DNA of 56,609 nucleotides from a virus. Lineage: Duplodnaviria; Caudoviricetes. Every line of letters begins with the position of its first letter. The first letter of the stretch is position 1. Shown here one piece after another: positions 54,047 through 56,609 of this stretch. The stretch spans positions 1 through 56,609 of IMG/VR virus record IMGVR_UViG_3300028615_000096, one strand, 5' to 3'. Under the pieces are notes generated by a model that was not told the origin of the DNA, ran no database searches, and was given only the letters and a program-made list of their open reading frames with translations. Made by a program: the position numbers and the translations under genes.

Positions 54047-54181
54047 GGTGTGTGGAGGGTATCTTGCTGCGATCCGGGGAGTTGGCACGCTCCGCCGGGG
54101 TAGTCACGGTTGAAAGTTGCCCGTACTTGTTTGAAAGCAAGCAAGGTTAGGTCAGCCTAGGCAGGGGGCGTTCCACACACC
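54047..54181 (+). ncRNA. Structured inter-tRNA RNA 4
   Basis: GGTGTGTGGA/TCCACACACC perfect 10-bp closing stem around about four hairpins. Confidence 0.7.
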
Positions 54182-54184
54182 TTT

Positions 54185-54260
54185 GATCGCGTAGCTCAGT
54201 CGGAAGAGCATCGGTCTCCGAAGCCGAAGGTCGTGGGTTCGACCCCCACCGCGATCGCCA
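54185..54260 (+). tRNA. tRNA-Arg(CCG)
   Basis: Loop CT-CCG-AA; CCA. Confidence 0.92.
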
Positions 54261-54547
54261 CGCCGTAGAGCAAGTGTCGTTCAACTGGTGGCGCAGGAAG
54301 GCAGGGGACGCCCTGTTGGATCGCGTCGGCAATTGCGGGGCACGCAGTAGGGAAGCTGGATCTGCCACCACGACTGCACGCGATGCAGAGCCCGCACAGT
54401 GTGTGGCGTGGGACCTCGGGTCGCGCGTTTGCAGGGCTTGTAGCTGCGCGCGGAAGTGGTCAAGCCGCGAAGGTGGAACTGCTGGTGGAAAAGCTCGCTG
54501 CTGTGGGTCAGCAGAGGATGCAGGTGGGAATCCTGCCGGCGTGAACA
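54259..54547 (+). ncRNA. Large tRNA-shaped RNA with about 235-nt structured insert
   Basis: CACGCCG/CGGCGTG acceptor, TA, D arm GAGC/GTTC, T-like arm GCAGG-tgggaat-CCTGC, tail AACA. Confidence 0.7.
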
Positions 54548-54549
54548 AT

Positions 54550-54622
54550 GCCTGTGAAGCTCAAGTGGCCGAGCACCCGTTTCGTACTCGGGAGGTAGTG
54601 GGTTCGACTCCCATCGCAGGCC
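54550..54622 (+). tRNA. tRNA-Thr(CGT)
   Basis: Loop TT-CGT-AC. Confidence 0.88.
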
Positions 54623-54626
54623 CCGA

Positions 54627-54655
54627 TTGACAGCGCTCTAGGATAGACGTAGTTT
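54627..54655 (+). promoter_or_regulatory. Sigma70-like promoter in front of the HNH gene
   Basis: TTGACA-17 nt-TAGTTT. Confidence 0.65.
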
Positions 54656-54664
54656 TGTGGCTCC

Positions 54665-55042
54665 TTGCCCTACAAAGACCCAGAAGCGCGTAGAGCTTAC
54701 CAACGGAATCGGAACCGTAAGCGGCGCGAGGAGTGGTTGGCAGCTAACGGACCCTGCGCTGTGTGCGGGTCCTGGGAGAAGCTGGAAGTCGATCACGTTG
54801 ATCCGGCAACGAAACTGAACCACAGAGTTTGGTCGTGGAGCGCAGTGCGCATGAAAGCGGAGCTAGCGAAGTGCCAGGTGCTGTGCCGCGTGCACCACAA
54901 GGCAAAAACCACGGCTGACCGGTTCAGCAGAGTGCAGCACGGGACGCGTCACATGTACGAGCGCTACAGGTGCAGGTGCTCGAAGTGTTGCGCTGCCAAG
55001 GCGGCACACAACGCGCTTCGTGATGAGCGCGGCTATAGATAA
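54665..55042 (+). CDS. HNH endonuclease
   Basis: CAVCGS.EKLEVDHVDP.TK...ELAKCQVLCRVHH..KT; HGT..MY...CRC..C. Confidence 0.88.
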   Translation: MPYKDPEARRAYQRNRNRKRREEWLAANGPCAVCGSWEKLEVDHVDPATKLNHRVWSWSAVRMKAELAKCQVLCRVHHKAKTTADRFSRVQHGTRHMYERYRCRCSKCCAAKAAHNALRDERGYR

Positions 55043-55046
55043 TCAA

Positions 55047-55121
55047 CGGGGTGTGGCGCAGTGGAAGCGCGCCGGTTCGGGGAACCGGAGGTCGTGGGTT
55101 CGAGTCCCACTACCCCGACCA
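55047..55121 (+). tRNA. tRNA-Pro(GGG)
   Basis: Loop TC-GGG-GA; C1-G72; CCA. Confidence 0.9.
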
Positions 55122-55126
55122 TCAAT

Positions 55127-55201
55127 GCCCATGTAGCTCAGTGGCAGAGCACACCCCCGGTAAGGGTGCGGTCGTGAGTTCGACTCTCACTGTGGGCTCC
55201 A
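55127..55201 (+). tRNA. tRNA-Thr(GGT)
   Basis: Loop CC-GGT-AA; CCA. Confidence 0.9.
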
Positions 55202-55406
55202 CGTCCCTGCTTCACCTGCGGCAGGTAGAACTGGCGGTCTGGAGGGAGGTCTGCACCAAGCGTGCAGGGCTGCCAAAGGAAAGCGGGCTCCATGCTCCCA
55301 CGGGCCGGCGGTGGGCGTAGCGAGTGGGTCCAATGAGGAAGTCTGTGCAGCATGCCCGTAGCGGCTACGCGGGTTGCACGGGGTTGCTCAGGGCCAGCCG
55401 GATTAT
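55202..55406 (+). ncRNA. Possible structured inter-tRNA RNA 5
   Basis: TGGCGGTC/GGCTGCCA arm with CTGCAC/GTGCAG, CCCAC/GTGGG and GTGCAGC/GTTGCAC arms; no convincing ORF. Confidence 0.45.
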
Positions 55407-55481
55407 GCTCCCGATGCCGATAGGATAGGCACCCACCTCCTAAGTGGGCTGCAGCAGGTTCGAGTCCTGCCGGGAGCGCCA
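55407..55481 (+). tRNA. tRNA-Arg(CCT)
   Basis: Loop CT-CCT-AA; CCA. Confidence 0.88.
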
Positions 55482-55757
55482 CACTTCCAGCGCCGCCGCA
55501 TAACCGCCCAGCCGGTAGGCGGCCGCAACATCTGCCGGGATCCGCCGCGGGTGCATGTCCAACTCGAACCACATGCCGTCGCACCACACGCTGTTGTGCG
55601 CGTCCTGACAAGGCCCCGTCCTCCACACCTCGATGAGTCCCTTGCAGAACTTGCACCAGAAGTGGCCGGCCTTGGTGTCCGCGTCGTACTGCGGTACCTG
55701 CACCTGCGTGTCCGCGTACGCCTTGCAGCAGGGGCACACCGCGTCTTCCATGCTCAT
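55440..55757 (-). CDS. Small zinc-ribbon protein antisense to the array
   Basis: CPCC...CKFC; strong GC3 bias on the minus strand; fills the 290-nt gap between tRNAs. Confidence 0.65.
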   Translation of the reverse strand: MSMEDAVCPCCKAYADTQVQVPQYDADTKAGHFWCKFCKGLIEVWRTGPCQDAHNSVWCDGMWFELDMHPRRIPADVAAAYRLGGYAAALEVWRSRQDSNLLQPT

Positions 55758-55774
55758 GTATTACCAGATCACCT

Positions 55775-55848
55775 TGGGGTATCGTCCAAAGGCAGGACCT
55801 GGAGTTTTGGCCTCCAAGATCGGGGTTCGATTCCCTGTGCCCCAACCA
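55775..55848 (+). tRNA. tRNA-Gln(TTG)
   Basis: Loop TT-TTG-GC; CCA. Confidence 0.9.
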
Positions 55849-55892
55849 ACTTCGTACTTGACAACGTGTCCGGTTCCTCTCACGTTAGGCGC

Positions 55893-55978
55893 TGCGGGGA
55901 TAGAGCAACGGCCGCTCGTAGGGCTCATAACCCTATGCCTCAACGGTTAGGCTGGTTCGACTCCAGCTCCCGCAACCA
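55893..55978 (+). tRNA. Initiator-type tRNA-Met(CAT) with enlarged variable region
   Basis: TAGGG-CTCATAA-CCCTA with three G-C pairs; about 15-nt variable region; CCA. Confidence 0.8.
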
Positions 55979-56066
55979 AGAGTTAGTCAGATGTTCTGCT
56001 TCATCCCGACGCCAACCAAGCCTGCACGTGCTGCTTCCAGCACGCGTGCAGGCGTGTGCGTTTCCT

Positions 56067-56138
56067 CGGGGTGTAAGTCAGCGGCAGACGGCTCCGTTCG
56101 GGGCGGAGAGGTCGTGGGTTCGAGTCCCACCACCCCGA
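56067..56138 (+). tRNA. tRNA-Pro(CGG)
   Basis: Loop TT-CGG-GG. Confidence 0.9.
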
Positions 56139-56236
56139 CTACTTCCCATCGTTCCTCGCTCCTCCTGTTGATCTAGCGCTACGCACCGTAGTGCCGGTTC
56201 GCCGGTGTGTGTAGCGCGGAACCAGCAGAAGCTCTT

Positions 56237-56312
56237 GGTGCCTGAACGCGAATGGTGAGCGGCGCGGTTGTGGTCCGCGTGGAAGCGGGGTCAGTACCCG
56301 TCAGGCACCCCA
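56237..56312 (+). tRNA. tRNA-His(GTG)
   Basis: Loop TT-GTG-GT; G-1:C73; atypical T loop; CCA. Confidence 0.85.
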
Positions 56313-56313
56313 A

Positions 56314-56389
56314 GGCTGTGTATCCCAACGGCAGAGGACGCCGGCTAAGAACCGGTCCAGTGTGGGTTCGAATCCCTCCGCAGCCACCA
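56314..56389 (+). tRNA. tRNA-Leu(AAG), short variable loop
   Basis: GCCGG-CT-AAG-AA-CCGGT; CCA. Confidence 0.85.
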
Positions 56390-56390
56390 T

Positions 56391-56469
56391 GGTCGTGTAG
56401 CCCAACTTGGCAGGAGGCGTCTGGCTCAGAACCAGAACAGTGTGGGTTCGAATCCCTCCACGACCACCA
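56391..56469 (+). tRNA. tRNA-Leu(CAG), short variable loop
   Basis: Loop CT-CAG-AA; CCA. Confidence 0.9.
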
Positions 56470-56510
56470 TGTAGCCCAATAGGTTGACTTTGTAGCAAAT
56501 AGGTAGATAC

Positions 56511-56588
56511 GCTCCTGTGGCCCAACGAGGCAGAGGCGTTCGGTTCAAAACCGAAATGTTGAAGGTTCGAATCCTTCCGGGAGCACCA
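56511..56588 (+). tRNA. tRNA-Leu(CAA), short variable loop
   Basis: Loop TT-CAA-AA; CCA. Confidence 0.9.
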
Positions 56589-56609
56589 ACATGGCTGGGT
56601 CGCGGGAAT

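Noticed and set aside
54259-54547. tmRNA
   Set aside because: No G3-U70 alanine identity, a D stem is present, and no recognisable resume codon or tag ORF; reported as an unknown tRNA-shaped RNA instead.
55277-55406. RNase P RNA, from AGGAAAGCGGGCTCCAT and CCGGATTAT resembling the P4 strands
   Set aside because: Two core bases are missing, the strands pair poorly, and the roughly 115-nt span is too short; kept only as a generic structured spacer.
56468-56510. Extra tRNA or promoter between Leu(CAG) and Leu(CAA)
   Set aside because: CATGTAGCCCAATAGG is only a D-arm fragment, and the TTGACT has no well-spaced -10; probably a deletion scar.
49884-56525. Short ORFs overlapping tRNA genes on either strand (e.g. 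49884-50261, 51424-51897, 55374-56171)
   Set aside because: They are translations of tRNA sequence (GSNP, RDSNP words). Only the three HNH genes and 55440-55757 look coding.
56593-56609. Start of another tRNA
   Set aside because: Cut by the window edge; the anticodon is not visible.

Overview
High-GC (about 65-70%) segment of a large tailed phage or prophage with a contractile tail. The myxobacterial-style lipoprotein and gene order suggest a Myxococcota host, but that is inference. 1-41.3 kb is one rightward morphogenesis operon: end of a scaffold/protease gene, major capsid, head accessories, a methyltransferase-glycosyltransferase-TPR fusion, a putative fibre module with a 1461-aa protein carrying about 42 tandem 19-aa repeats, neck, sheath, tube, a frameshifted tail chaperone, tape measure, baseplate, several lectin/fibre proteins and membrane proteins. 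41.3-49.9 kb is accessory: a small regulator with a palindromic operator, four tRNA-like RNAs with non-canonical anticodon arms next to a Tpt1/ART-like gene and a Pth2 peptidyl-tRNA hydrolase, a lipoprotein, an amidase endolysin and holin/spanin-like genes. 49.9-56.6 kb is a tRNA array that runs off the window. It holds 35 readable tRNAs covering all 20 amino acids and three HNH genes, and many of its spacers fold into self-contained structured RNAs. The most striking are a circularly permuted tRNA-like RNA (52990-53206), a roughly 290-nt tRNA-shaped RNA (54259-54547) and a structured RNA directly upstream of a PLMP-like/HNH (IshB-like) gene. All calls were made by eye from the sequence and ORF track; no searches or folding programs were run.
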